A stretch of DNA of 63,771 nt, filler included, from Reclinomonas americana ATCC 50394 (lineage: Eukaryota), in the NCBI GenBank assembly GCA_048213135.1. It is 7 parts of 4 records of this genome, joined end to end, with 100 filler letters (N's around TTAATTAATTAA, not from the genome) between each part and the next. Parts side by side here need not be neighbours in the genome. Positions count along the whole stretch, not along the records: positions 18,677 to 30,053 come from PS015170.1; positions 30,154 to 37,311 come from PS015170.1; positions 37,412 to 44,998 come from PS015171.1; 4 more parts are not named here. One strand, given 5' to 3'. Of this stretch, positions 28,701 through 41,285 are shown one piece after another. A program made the translations under genes and the position numbers. Below the pieces are notes generated by a model. That model saw only the letters and a program-made list of their open reading frames with translations, was not told where the DNA came from and did no database searches. The number at the start of each line of letters is the position of its first letter. Positions within the stretch are counted from its first letter, which is position 1.

Positions 28701-30053
28701 NNNNNNNNNNNNNNNNNNNNNNNNNNNNNNNNNNNNNNNNNNNNNNNNNNNNNNNNNNNNNNNNNNNNNNNNNNNNNNNNNNNNNNNNNNNNNNNNNNNN
28801 NNNNNNNNNNNNNNNNNNNNNNNNNNNNNNNNNNNNNNNNNNNNNNNNNNNNNNNNNNNNNNNNNNNNNNNNNNNNNNNNNNNNNNNNNNNNNNNNNNNN
28901 NNNNNNNNNNNNNNNNNNNNNNNNNNNNNNNNNNNNNNNNNNNNNNNNNNNNNNNNNNNNNNNNNNNNNNNNNNNNNNNNNNNNNNNNNNNNNNNNNNNN
29001 NNNNNNNNNNNNNNNGGACACGGTGGAAACAACAGGTGTGAGTGGGTCGACAACATGTTACCTTGCTGCTGGCCGGTCGAATGGTAACGTCGCCGGAGCT
29101 GCTCTGCAGCAGAGGCGCGGTGATTTGTGTGGCCGTCATGGAATTCATGGTGACTGCGCCAGTCAGTGTGGTCGTAGAGTCAACCGTAAGCTGCGATGTT
29201 GCACCGCGGTAAGCAACACTCAGCCAAGAAGGAAAGAATAGCAAAGAGACCATCCGAACTACATACCGAACCCAGCACACGAGTTGGTCGACCGGCGGCG
29301 GCCAGCGACAGTTGGCTAACGTCTCCACCAATGACAATGGGAGTGGTGTTGACTGCGAGGATGCTCACACCCTGGTTGGCGTTGACCGTGAACAGTGCAC
29401 CCTGCACCAACACCTCGCGTGTGCGGTACAAGTTGGCACCGAGAACCACACGTCCGTTGGTGGACGGACTCTGACCGGCCTCAATCTGCAAGTCACCGCC
29501 AGTGCCGGACGCCACTGTCGGGCGACGAAGCGTGAACGTGGACGAATCGGTGGCACCAAACTCCACAAAGGCGCCAGTGGACAGGATTTTACCCGTTGAG
29601 AGGGTAATATCGCCGCCAAAGGTGCTAGTCGACGAGGTGGTTAGTGTGGCCGTGGAGAGTGCGTTCGTCACGGAGACAGTGGACGAAGCGAGCTGAATCG
29701 CGGAGCCAGACTGGCCAATGACGACAGTTGACACACGACGGGTGGCGATTCGCACTGCACCGTGAGTCGCCAATCCAGCACCGCCGTCCAAGAGCCTGCA
29801 AACGACCAGTGTGCGTGTGAGAAACTGTCAAGTACACAGAGGAGCACCGGAAGAACGAAACAGTTGACCGCCAACACCCTGAGTGGCCTGCTGTCCTTCG
29901 AGCATCGTGTCGACGCCAGCAACACCAGAACCGGTTTGTGTAGGACGAGACAGGGTGACGGTGGAAGCCACTTTTCCCAAACGAATAACGTCACTCGACG
30001 CCAGCAGTGTGAGATCACCACTCGACGTCGACACTGAGCCCGTCACCAAGCCG
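1372..30053 (-). CDS. Giant multi-exon T/G/V/S-rich beta-repeat fibre protein with C-terminal Peptidase_S74 intramolecular chaperone and coiled coil (5' end not resolved)
   Basis: Dozens of minus-strand exons with LxVxGxxTxxGxVT-type repeats, joined by short GT-AG introns. C-terminal exons read FPSDMRLKRDV...AMARVARLNAVAFEWNETAE|ALRLGKMGHTEVGLLAQQVRDVMPELVTE...AVKYSHLSAVLVQALQEQQQVIEE...ELQ|AEKQQMQERLDRLETRFDQLLQLLAEKK*, with TAA at 1374-1372. Continuity across N gaps and the 18621 spacer is inferred. Confidence 0.8.
3427..9165 (-). repeat. Intragenic tandem repeat, ~1.06-kb unit (6 exons + 6 introns, ~210 aa), at least 5 copies
   Basis: Marker TTGATCGACTTGCTGCCAGAGATCTGCGTGTCC recurs at ~3491, 4554, 5983, 7772 and 8835. 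Spacing is ~1063 nt between the first two and last two markers. Intron sequences are also nearly identical between copies. Confidence 0.9.
13647..13744. repeat. (CA)n and (CT)n microsatellite in intron
   Basis: Direct inspection. A similar (GA)n tract lies at 11023-11070. Confidence 0.95.
16250..19160. repeat. Array of ~68-aa protein repeats (NRIPxxxFYTDxxxVLAS..LxLG...EPLRIPTLxMHxNxFLMEAYTSAxFG), about 12-13 visible copies, intron-free
   Basis: About 8-9 copies in the 13669..18033 minus ORF, ~2.5 in the flipped contig 18025-18576 (+) and ~2 in 18677-19160 (-). Copies are divergent at DNA level. Confidence 0.85.
18621..18632. other. Artificial contig spacer TTAATTAATTAA (also at 30098, 37356, 45043, 56552, 62223)
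   Basis: Identical 12-mer with stops in all six frames, flanked by N runs on both sides each time. Confidence 0.95.
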
Positions 30054-30153
30054 NNNNNNNNNNNNNNNNNNNNNNNNNNNNNNNNNNNNNNNNNNNNTTA
30101 ATTAATTAANNNNNNNNNNNNNNNNNNNNNNNNNNNNNNNNNNNNNNNNNNNN

Positions 30154-30674
30154 TACCAACCAGAGGCACGCTTGGGAAGTTGCAGGCCCACATCCACCAT
30201 TGGCTGCACCGAGCCCGTGCTACGACGACGACCACGACACCAGCCGCACTGCCACCACGACAACTCTCGTTCACCACGATTACGGTCGTCGGAGGCTGGT
30301 GGCGATGGCGGCAGTGGCACATTCGACGAAGCACGAGGTGGCGGGAACGGTCCCACACTCGGCATCACTGGCGAGAACAACACATCCGCCGCCGCCGCAC
30401 TATTCCTGCTGTCACTGCGCGTCGACGCCATTGGCGGTGGCATCGGCGACCGATTGGTGGACCGCGGACTGCCGGGCGGCGTCGGCGGCGGCTCGATAAT
30501 CACCGGCGCCGGCGGCGGAGGCAGCGGTGGCGAGCGAAAGCTAATGTACGTCAGCGGCGGATTCTCTGACGATGACTCCAAGTCCGACGGCATGGGTGGC
30601 GGCGGCTGCGGCGACGGCGACACGTGCGGGAAACGCAACGGATCGGGGGCCGAGCCAGGCAAAATCTGCACAAN
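30154..30674 (-). CDS. Proline-rich low-complexity exon of unknown gene (possibly N-terminus of the giant fibre gene)
   Basis: TGCAG acceptor, then ILPGSAPDPLRFPHVSPSPQPPPPMP...PPPTPPGSPR...LQLPKRASG, then a probable GT donor. Candidate start exon ATG at 31171 (MSYS-G|gtgagt). Confidence 0.5.
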
Positions 30675-31483
30675 NNNNNNNNNNNNNNNNNNNNNNNNNN
30701 NNNNNNNNNNNNNNNNNNNNNNNNNNNNNNNNNNNNNNNNNNNNNNNNNNNNNNNNNNNNNNNNNNNNNNNNNNNNNNNNNNNNNNNNNNNNNNNNNNNN
30801 NNNNNNNNNNNNNNNNNNNNNNNNNNNNNNNNNNNNNNNNNNNNNNNNNNNNNNNNNNNNNNNNNNNNNNNNNNNNNNNNNNNNNNNNNNNNNNNNNNNN
30901 NNNNNNNNNNNNNNNNNNNNNNNNNNNNNNNNNNNNNNNNNNNNNNNNNNNNNNNNNNNNNNNNNNNNNNNNNNNNNNNNNNNNNNNNNNNNNNNNNNNN
31001 NNNNNNNNNNNNNNNNNNNNNNNNNNNNNNNNNNNNNNNNNNNNNNNNNNNNNNNNNNNNNNNNNNNNNNNNNNNNNNNNNNNNNNNNNNNNNNNNNNNN
31101 NNNNNNNNNNNNNNNNNNNNNNNNNNNNNNNNNNNNNNGTACGCGCACATACACTCACCACTGTAACTCATGAGTCGTGCAGTGACAGGCGGTCACCTCT
31201 GCTTGTGTGTGTGTGTGCGTTCGTGCGTGTCTCCTTGTTGCGGTGAGTGTGAGAACGAGTGTTTCAACCGAGCTGCAACGGGCGAAAAATTGAGGCAATG
31301 CACGCAGGCACAACAAAAACACACAGTCGCGCGCACCCTTGCACACGTGCGTGTGTGTGTGTGTGTGTCAGGCAAGCACAGGCACGCAGAGACAAACTCG
31401 CCACTGAGTGAGCGAGTTGATGTGATGATATCGGACGGGAAACGGACAAGGGACGAGAGGACGTGTGTTTTTGCACAACAACA

Positions 31484-33404
31484 ATGCATCGGCGTGCGTG
31501 GGCTGTCAGTCTGCTTGTGGGCGGAGTGATGGGCGGGTTTGGCTCACTGGCAGTTGAGTAAAAAATGCTGCATTCGTATCCATCGGGTTTTCTTGGTGAC
31601 ATTTTTTCTTGTATGTGTGAAGGGCGTTGGTGGAGGCATTGTGGCGGTTCCGCTGTTGCATCGTGTGCTGTCGTCGATCGCTGCGGAGAGTAGTGCACAG
31701 CGTGTGCGATTGCAGGCGGTGGGAACGACGGTGACGGCGGTGATGGGCACTTGGTGAGACAAACTCGTGGATGTGGAAGTTGCAACATGCTGATTGTGTT
31801 TGCGCAGCGTGGCTGGAGCGGCGTCCTTCTTTGCATTGTCGTCGCCGGGCTCGGCAGTGGTGGATGTGAGCACGGCGGCGACGATTGGAGTGTGTGCTGC
31901 GCTGTCGGTGCCACTGGGCATGCGCTGGTTGCCGGCCTCCACCAGTGGTGGGCGACTGGCTGGCACCCTGCTCGGCTGCTTCCTGCTGGCCACCATTCCA
32001 CTCACCTGGGCACCGCGGCTTCTCGCACCACCACCACCATCTCCTTCTCCTCCTCCTCCTCCTCTTCCCACCTCCACGCCGCCGTGGTTTGGTCCTCCGC
32101 GACTGCCTGTGGCGCTGTCGGTCGCGCTGGGAGTGGTGGCCGGTGTTGCGTCGGCCATGTTGGGCATTGGCGGTGGTCTTGTGGTGACCCCGGCGCTGTC
32201 GGTGGCCTACACGGCGTTGCGCGCGCATGAGCAGCCGCAGCAGGCCGCTGTCGCCACATCGTTGCTGGCTGTTGCGTCATTTCTTTTCTTGCCATCCTTG
32301 CGTGCTTCCCTCCTCCCCCCAACTGAGTGTGCTCGTGCGGGTGCAGATGGTGCCGACGACTGTGTCGGCTGCGTTCTTTCACTGGCGCGCCGGCAATGTG
32401 GTGCTCCGANNNNNNNNNNNNNNNNNNNNNNNNNNNNNNNNNNNNNNNNNNNNNNNNNNNNNNNNNNNNNNNNNNNNNNNNNNNNNNNNNNNNNNNNNNN
32501 NNNNNNNNNNNNNNNNNNNNNNNNNNNNNNNNNNNNNNNNNNNNNNNNNNNNNNNNNNNNNNNNNNNNNNNNNNNNNNNNNNNNNNNNNNNNNNNNNNNN
32601 NNNNNNNNNNNNNNNNNNNNNNNNNNNNNNNNNNNNNNNNNNNNNNNNNNNNNNNNNNNNNNNNNNNNNNNNNNNNNNNNNNNNNNNNNNNNNNNNNNNN
32701 NNNNNNNNNNNNNNNNNNNNNNNNNNNNNNNNNNNNNNNNNNNNNNNNNNNNNNNNNNNNNNNNNNNNNNNNNNNNNNNNNNNNNNNNNNNNNNNNNNNN
32801 NNNNNNNNNNNNNNNNNNNNNNNNNNNNNNNNNNNNNNNNNNNNNNNNNNNNNNNNNNNNNNNNNNNNNNNNNNNNNNNNNNNNNNNNNNNNNNNNNNNN
32901 NNNNNNNNNNNNNNNNNNNNNNNNNNNNNNNNNNNNNNNNNNNNNNNNNNNNNNNNNNNNNNNNNNNNNNNNNNNNNNNNNNNNNNNNNNNNNNNNNNNN
33001 NNNNNNNNNNNNNNNNNNNNNNNNNNNNNNNNNNNNNNNNNNNNNNNNNNNNNNNNNNNNNNNNNNNNNNNNNNNNNNNNNNNNNNNNNNNNNNNNNNNN
33101 NNNNNNNNNNNNNNNNNNNNNNNNNNNNNNNNNNNNNNNNNNNNNNNNNNNNNNNNNNNNNNNNNNNNNNNNNNNNNNNNNNNNNNNNNNNNNNNNNNNN
33201 NNNNNNNNNNNNNNNNNNNNNNNNNNNNNNNNNNNNNNNNNNCTGGTGCCGGCGCTGCTGGTGGGATCGATGCTGAGTGCGGCGCTCTTTGCCCGCCTGG
33301 CTGTACAGCTGAGCGACGACACCAAGCGCGCCATTTTCTCGACGGTGATGCTCGGCATGGGATGCCGCCAGCTGCATACGATCTGGCGGGGTGTTCCCAA
33401 ATGA
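31484..33404 (+). CDS. TauE/SafE (TSUP) family membrane transporter, spliced, with internal gap
   Basis: Two GxxG(V/I)GGG motifs (GGFGSLA|GVGGGIVAVP and ASAMLGIGGGLVVTP), several hydrophobic segments, ends ...RAIFSTVMLGMGCRQLHTIWRGVPK*. Confidence 0.8.
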
Positions 33405-33584
33405 GCGAGCCGAGATTGGAGAAAAAATATGTTGCGTTCAAGGGGGATTGAGAGGAGAAGAGAAAGATGGGGAAAAGAAAAAGGAAGTAGTCGTTCGACA
33501 ATGTTATTGTCAAAGGACGCACCCACTCAAGAACACCTCCCCACTATCTCCTCTCCTCTCCTCTCCGCTCTCTCCGTCTCTGTC

Positions 33585-35165
<1,581 letters not shown>

Positions 35166-35222
35166 TGCACAAAATCTCGATGGACGAAGTGGACGCTGAA
35201 ACTATCTCTGTGTTTTGCGCAA

Positions 35223-38200
35223 ATGACGACGAAGCTGTCGGGCTCGTCCGCCCGGTACAAGCTGCTGGTGCAGCTGCTCTCTGGTCACTCCAGGTGAAGA
35301 CGAAAAGGCAGAAGAAAGTGTGAGGGCTGTGATCGGCGTGGAGATGGCTCCTGTCTCCCCCGCCTCCTGTCTCTCCCACACCCACAGAGAGACACGCACT
35401 CTTTCTCTTGTAGTTGTTGTTGTTGTCTGTGTTGGCTGGGAAGAGGGGTGGGCGCGCGGAAAAAGGAGATGTCGCGCTTGTGTGGGTGTTGCCTCTCTCT
35501 CCCCGCCACTCGTGCACACAAGCAGAGAGACAGAGAGATAAGAGTGTGTGAGAGGAAAGAAAGAAAGAGAGATGTATCGCAATGTTATATCTGATTTGTG
35601 TCATTTTGGACGACGCTCTTTCTTCTCACTCTGTGTGTGTGTGTGTGTGTGCAGGTACGCCAAGGCGATTGCGGAGAGTTGCAAACCCAGTGAGCACGAT
35701 GGACTTGCGCATGCGCTGGTGGCGACCACATCGGGAGTCGGAGGCACTTTGGCCATTATTCGCGACATTCTCGCACTCGAGTTTGAGAAGAAGGTGCATG
35801 CGCCGCACACCATCCTGCGAGTCAACTCGATTGCCTCAAAGATCCTTGGCTTGTACACTCGTTGCGTCTGTCTCCCCCACTCTCACTTCTCAGTGAGCAT
35901 CGCCCTGTCATGACTCCTCACTCCTCCTCTGCAACAGGAAAGCTCGGCCTCGTCTACCTCAAGGACTGCATCGGTGCGCCGATTGTGGAGCTGTGTGAGC
36001 TCAAGGACTTTAGCATGGAAGTGGATCCCGAGTTGCGCTCTCTCTCTCTCTCTCTCACTGCCTCCCTCCCTCGCTCTTGCTTGGCTCATGCGCGCGCGAT
36101 CGTGCAGCAAACTCGGTGGCGACGCGGAGCTGGCCGCCCGCAACACGGAGGAGCTGACGCGCTGGTGCCAGCTGCTACTCGACGCCATTATCGATGAGAC
36201 GAGGCGGAAGGAGATGCCGCGCGAGATTAGGGCGCTGGCGTTTTACATTCTCGACTTGGGCGAGAAGCACCGCTTGTCGGAGAAACCCGGCTGCTCGGTG
36301 GTGACGCTGATTGGTGGATTCATTATGCTGCGCTTCTTTTGCCCGGCCATCACGCTGCCGTCGTCGTATGGCATCCTGCCGGAGGACAAGTTGCCGACGC
36401 CGGGTGTGCGACGCAATCTCACGCTGATCACCAAAGTGTTGCAGGTGTGTCTGTGTATGCTCATTGACTCGCCTCTCCTCTCGTCGGTGATTCATAACGA
36501 TTGTGCCACAGAAAATGTCCAATGGTGAGACGTTTGACGATGCGGAACCGTACCTCAAGCCCATGAACAAGTTCATCCGTCGCAATGCCATGCGGTTGAA
36601 CAACTACCTCGTGAAGATCTGCGAAGATCCGCTCGGATCTGGTGAGTGACATCGTGCACATTCTCGCGTATTCCCACGCTCACTCACTCACTCACTTCCT
36701 CCTCTTCCCTCTTCTTCTCTCCTCTGTCAGGCTTGGCGGAGCCATTTGCCGATGTCGACCCGCCCGTGTCGTTTGAGGTGTTGCATTTCAAGGAGTTCGA
36801 CATGAAGGATCTCATCTTTATCCACCGCGTGCTCGACCGGTGTGCAAAGGAAATCATTGTGCGTGTACAGTCGTATTCTCTAGAGGCCACTGGCGAAGGT
36901 GCGCTCTTGTGTGTTTTCTGCTTCTGCCCTCGGATGGTGTGTAATTCATTGGTGATGGTGGCTTGCAGCGGCGCGCGGGTTCTTGTCATCGGATGCCGAT
37001 TTTGTGAAGCTGATTGGCGATCTCGGCCCACCGCCGCCAACCAAGAGGCGCGGCACGACGGCGGGCGAAACAGAGGGTGGTGACGATGATGGTGCCGGTG
37101 GGAGTGGCGTGTCGGCGGAGGACCGCACACTCGACCTGGTGGACATTGGCTTGCGGAACCTGCTGGAGAACTCTGACAAGTTCGACACGTCGGTGCTGGA
37201 GGCTGCTCGCTTTTTCTATCGTCGCGGCGCCTCCAAGCTCGGTGTGCCGGTGTTTTACTTGATTATGCACAGGTGAGGCTACCCTTTTTTGTTCTCCGCT
37301 CTCTCTCTCTCNNNNNNNNNNNNNNNNNNNNNNNNNNNNNNNNNNNNNNNNNNNNTTAATTAATTAANNNNNNNNNNNNNNNNNNNNNNNNNNNNNNNNN
37401 NNNNNNNNNNNTCTCTCTCGCTCCCTTTCTCACTCACACGTGTGCGGGCAGACTAAGCGTGGAGATGATGGCGGGTGTGGATGCCATGAGTTTGCACGTG
37501 GTGAAGCAACTCGGCAACACGGTTCACTCGGAGCGCTTCATCATCATCATTGATCTGAGTTGGTTCAAGGTCACCGACGGCATTCAAGTGGCGCTCCACC
37601 GCCAGCTGATGAATCTGACGACGCTGTTCACCGGACGCCACTTGGAGAACCTGCAGAGCATCTACGTGTTGCATCCGACAATGGCCACCAACGAGCTCAT
37701 GTTTGAGATGATGCAAGCGCTGCCGGAGACGTACCGACAGCAGAATGTGCATCTGGTTCACGACTGGCACAGCCTGTCAAGTACGATTGCACCGGAAGAG
37801 GTCTGTGTGGGCAAAATGGGAANNNNNNNNNNNNNNNNNNNNCTGTTGTTTGTCCGCTGCTGACCTATGCCTTGTGTTGTGCGCAGCTGTTCCTGCCGAT
37901 GCAGTCGCGCATGTGGCGACCCGTGTGGTATCAAGTGCAAACGTGGGACACCAAGAGCCCGAAGAAGCGCGATCGGCTTCTCAAGCTGATGCCGAACTGT
38001 GTGGGCATTTTTGACACGAAGAAGAACCTGCAGCTGGAGGTGGCGTTTGCGGATCTCGACCAAATTCTGTACACCCCAGAGCAGCTGGATATTGAGTTCC
38101 GCATCAAGTCCCCACAAGGTACGAGAAGCAGCAGAGAAGCAGCGATCCCACCCGATGCGTGCTGACTGATTGGTGTGCGTGTGTGTGTGCGTGGTCGTAG

Positions 38201-40994
38201 ATCTGTTTGCCGTCGAAGCGGCAGGCGGCAGTAGTGCGGGTGGTGCCGAGGCCCAGGTGGAATCAATATTCCTGACCCCGAACTCTGAAGATGTTGCGTT
38301 TCTTGCGATACACTGTGGCTCCTCTGGCCTGGAGTAGCTCACGTAGGACGGGGAGCAGGAGCGGAACGACATGTTGGACGTGTTGTTCCAGGCGTGTGTC
38401 TTGTCGGAGACGCTGAATTTCCCGATTGCGTTCGAAGTCATTNNNNNNNNNNNNNNNNNNNNNNNNNNNNNNNNNNNNNNNNNNNNNNNNNNNNNNNNNN
38501 NNNNNNNNNNNNNNNNNNNNNNNNNNNNNNNNNNNNNNNNNNNNNNNNNNNNNNNNNNNNNNNNNNNNNNNNNNNNNNNNNNNNNNNNNNNNNNNNNNNN
38601 NNNNNNNNNNNNNNNNNNNNNNNNNNNNNNNNNNNNNNNNNNNNNNNNNNNNNNNNNNNNNNNNNNNNNNNNNNNNNNNNNNNNNNNNNNNNNNNNNNNN
38701 NNNNNNNNNNNNNNNNNNNNNNNNNNNNNNNNNNNNNNNNNNNNNNNNNNNNNNNNNNNNNNNNNNNNNNNNNNNNNNNNNNNNNNNNNNNNNNNNNNNN
38801 NNNNNNNNNNNNNNNNNNNNNNNNNNNNNNNNNNNNNNNNNNNNNNNNNNNNNNNNNNNNNNNNNNNNNNNNNNNNNNNNNNNNNNNNNNNNNNNNNNNN
38901 NNNNNNNNNNNNNNNNNNNNNNNNNNNNNNNNNNNNNNNNNNAAGGTCAACAAGCGCAACTGGCACCAGAAGCGCATCTTCAAGCTGTCCCACGACTCGC
39001 TGCTTAATATGGCCGCGAAGAGTGTGCACAAGGAGATTCCGCTGTCGTGCATCCACGCCGTGGTGATTGACGACTCCGATCCCTCCATCTTCTACATTCA
39101 GCATCTGGTCAAGGGCGCGTTGAAGGTGTGGAAGGTCAGTTGCAAGGCCGGCGCGATTTTCCGCGATGCCATTCTCGACGCGCGCACGCGGCTCCACAAG
39201 GAGGTTGGATTGGATCTGGAGCGCAACGACTTTCTCTCACTCAGTGGTATGTGTCGCGGGGTGGTGCGCGCACACACTCTCTTTTTGTTTTGTGGATTTC
39301 GCTCACACTCGCTCGCTCGCTTGTCACAGACACGCTGGAAAAATTCTACACGGGNNNNNNNNNNNNNNNNNNNNNNNNNNNNNNNNNNNNNNNNNNNNNN
39401 NNNNNNNNNNNNNNNNNNNNNNNNNNNNNNNNNNNNNNNNNNNNNNNNNNNNNNNNNNNNNNNNNNNNNNNNNNNNNNNNNNNNNNNNNNNNNNNNNNNN
39501 NNNNNNNNNNNNNNNNNNNNNNNNNNNNNNNNNNNNNNNNNNNNNNNNNNNNNNNNNNNNNNNNNNNNNNNNNNNNNNNNNNNNNNNNNNNNNNNNNNNN
39601 NNNNNNNNNNNNNNNNNNNNNNNNNNNNNNNNNNNNNNNNNNNNNNNNNNNNNNNNNNNNNNNNNNNNNNNNNNNNNNNNNNNNNNNNNNNNNNNNNNNN
39701 NNNNNNNNNNNNNNNNNNNNNNNNNNNNNNNNNNNNNNNNNNNNNNNNNNNNNNNNNNNNNNNNNNNNNNNNNNNNNNNNNNNNNNNNNNNNNNNNNNNN
39801 NNNNNNNNNNNNNNNNNNNNNNNNNNNNNNNNNNNNNNNNNNNNNNNNNNNNNNNNNNNNNNNNNNNNNNNNNNNNNNNNNNNNNNNNNNNNNNNNNNNN
39901 NNNNNNNNNNNNNNNNNNNNNNNNNNNNNNNNNNNNNNNNNNNNNNNNNNNNNNNNNNNNNNNNNNNNNNNNNNNNNNNNNNNNNNNNNNNNNNNNNNNN
40001 NNNNNNNNNNNNNNNNNNNNNNNNNNNNNNNNNNNNNNNNNNNNNNNNNNNNNNNNNNNNNNNNNNNNNNNNNNNNNNNNNNNNNNNNNNNNNNNNNNNN
40101 NNNNNNNNNNNNNNNNNNNNNNNNNNNNNNNNNNNNNNNNNNNNNNNNNNNNNNNNNNNNNNNNNNNNNNNNTCTGGCCGGCCCCGCGCTGGCCAAGGAG
40201 AAGGCCGTGGATGGTGTCGGATCGCGCTTGTCGTACGATTTCGGGCAGCGCATGACCGAGCTGCGCGAGGCGTTCTCACAGCTGGATGTGGACGACTCCG
40301 GTTCCGTGCCGGTGCAGGAGGTGGAGAACTCGATTCGCGCCCTCGGCCTCAACTTGTCGTTGCGTGCCTCCAGATTGCCGTCGCGAATGTTCTTAGCGTG
40401 CATATTCACGAGTGTGATTGTGGGCACAGACCACAAGAAATCGACGTGCTCCTCAGCCGCCTCGATCGCCACAAAACCGGCGTCGTGTCCTTTGACGAAT
40501 TTTTGCAAAGCTGGCTAATGGCCACCGGTCGCATGTACGAAGATGCGACGCTGCCGCGACGCGCTCCTGCTGATTCTCCGGGCTCACGATTGCCACCACG
40601 GCGGTTATCGCTGGCCACCGGTCGCTCCGACAGCTTCAGCAGCAGCGGTGCCGGCACACCGCCAGCCTTTGCACTACCGTCACCCATGGCTGTCGGTGGC
40701 AGTGGTAGTGGCGGTGCATCATCACCGGTGGTCGCCGCCGGCGAGTCGCCATTTGCCGCGGATGGAACTGCAGTGGCGTTGGCCCCCGCGTCCGCTGCTT
40801 CGGCGGCGGCAGCAGCAGCAGCAGCCGCTTCGCCGGCATCCAGCAATGGCAGTGGCAATGGCGGCGCAAGTCCGTCGCTGCTCGCACGGCGCGGCAGTCT
40901 CGGTCGCGCACCAGCCACACCTCCGCTAAACCCCCGTTTGTCGTTGGCGTACAACCAGCCGATCGTGGACCCGTCATTGGCGACGGGTGTTTGA
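35223..40994 (+). CDS. Neurofibromin-like RasGAP with Sec14/CRAL-TRIO_2 and PH-like domains, and probable C-terminal EF-hand pair
   Basis: Spliced TILRVNSIASK (arginine-finger region), GGFIMLRFFCPAI, RRNLTLITKVLQ, FYRRGASKLGVPVFYLI (NF1 Sec14 start), IIIIDLS...ENLQSIYVLHP, KVNKRNWHQKRIFKL, and EF loops DVDDSGSVPVQE and DRHKTGVVSFDEF. Spans a spacer and several gaps, so the single-gene model is inferred. Confidence 0.75.
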
Positions 40995-41285
40995 TGCGGA
41001 ATGAAGGTGCACCAATATTTTCCGCAACACCAATCAAACTGGTGACCGTTAAAATCGGACAACTCGTATCTCCATATCGTCCCGAAATCGCATCAGCACG
41101 CGTTCTCGCTGTGACTCACGCCCGGCTGCGGACAGACAGACAGACCGACCCAGACGCACACACGATGAGCGAACAAGCAACCGCCCTCCACTCGCGGTTT
41201 CCAATGGACAAGCACACACTTGGAAACCGCCGTATAATAACGCCACTGTTGACTGCGCCGACAAGCGAAATGTCGTTTCTCGTTG

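Noticed and set aside
1372-30053. Prophage, endogenous giant virus or bacterial contaminant
   Set aside because: The gene is full of host-style spliceosomal introns and microsatellites. No capsid, integrase, polymerase or other viral gene is visible, and the neighbours are eukaryotic housekeeping genes.
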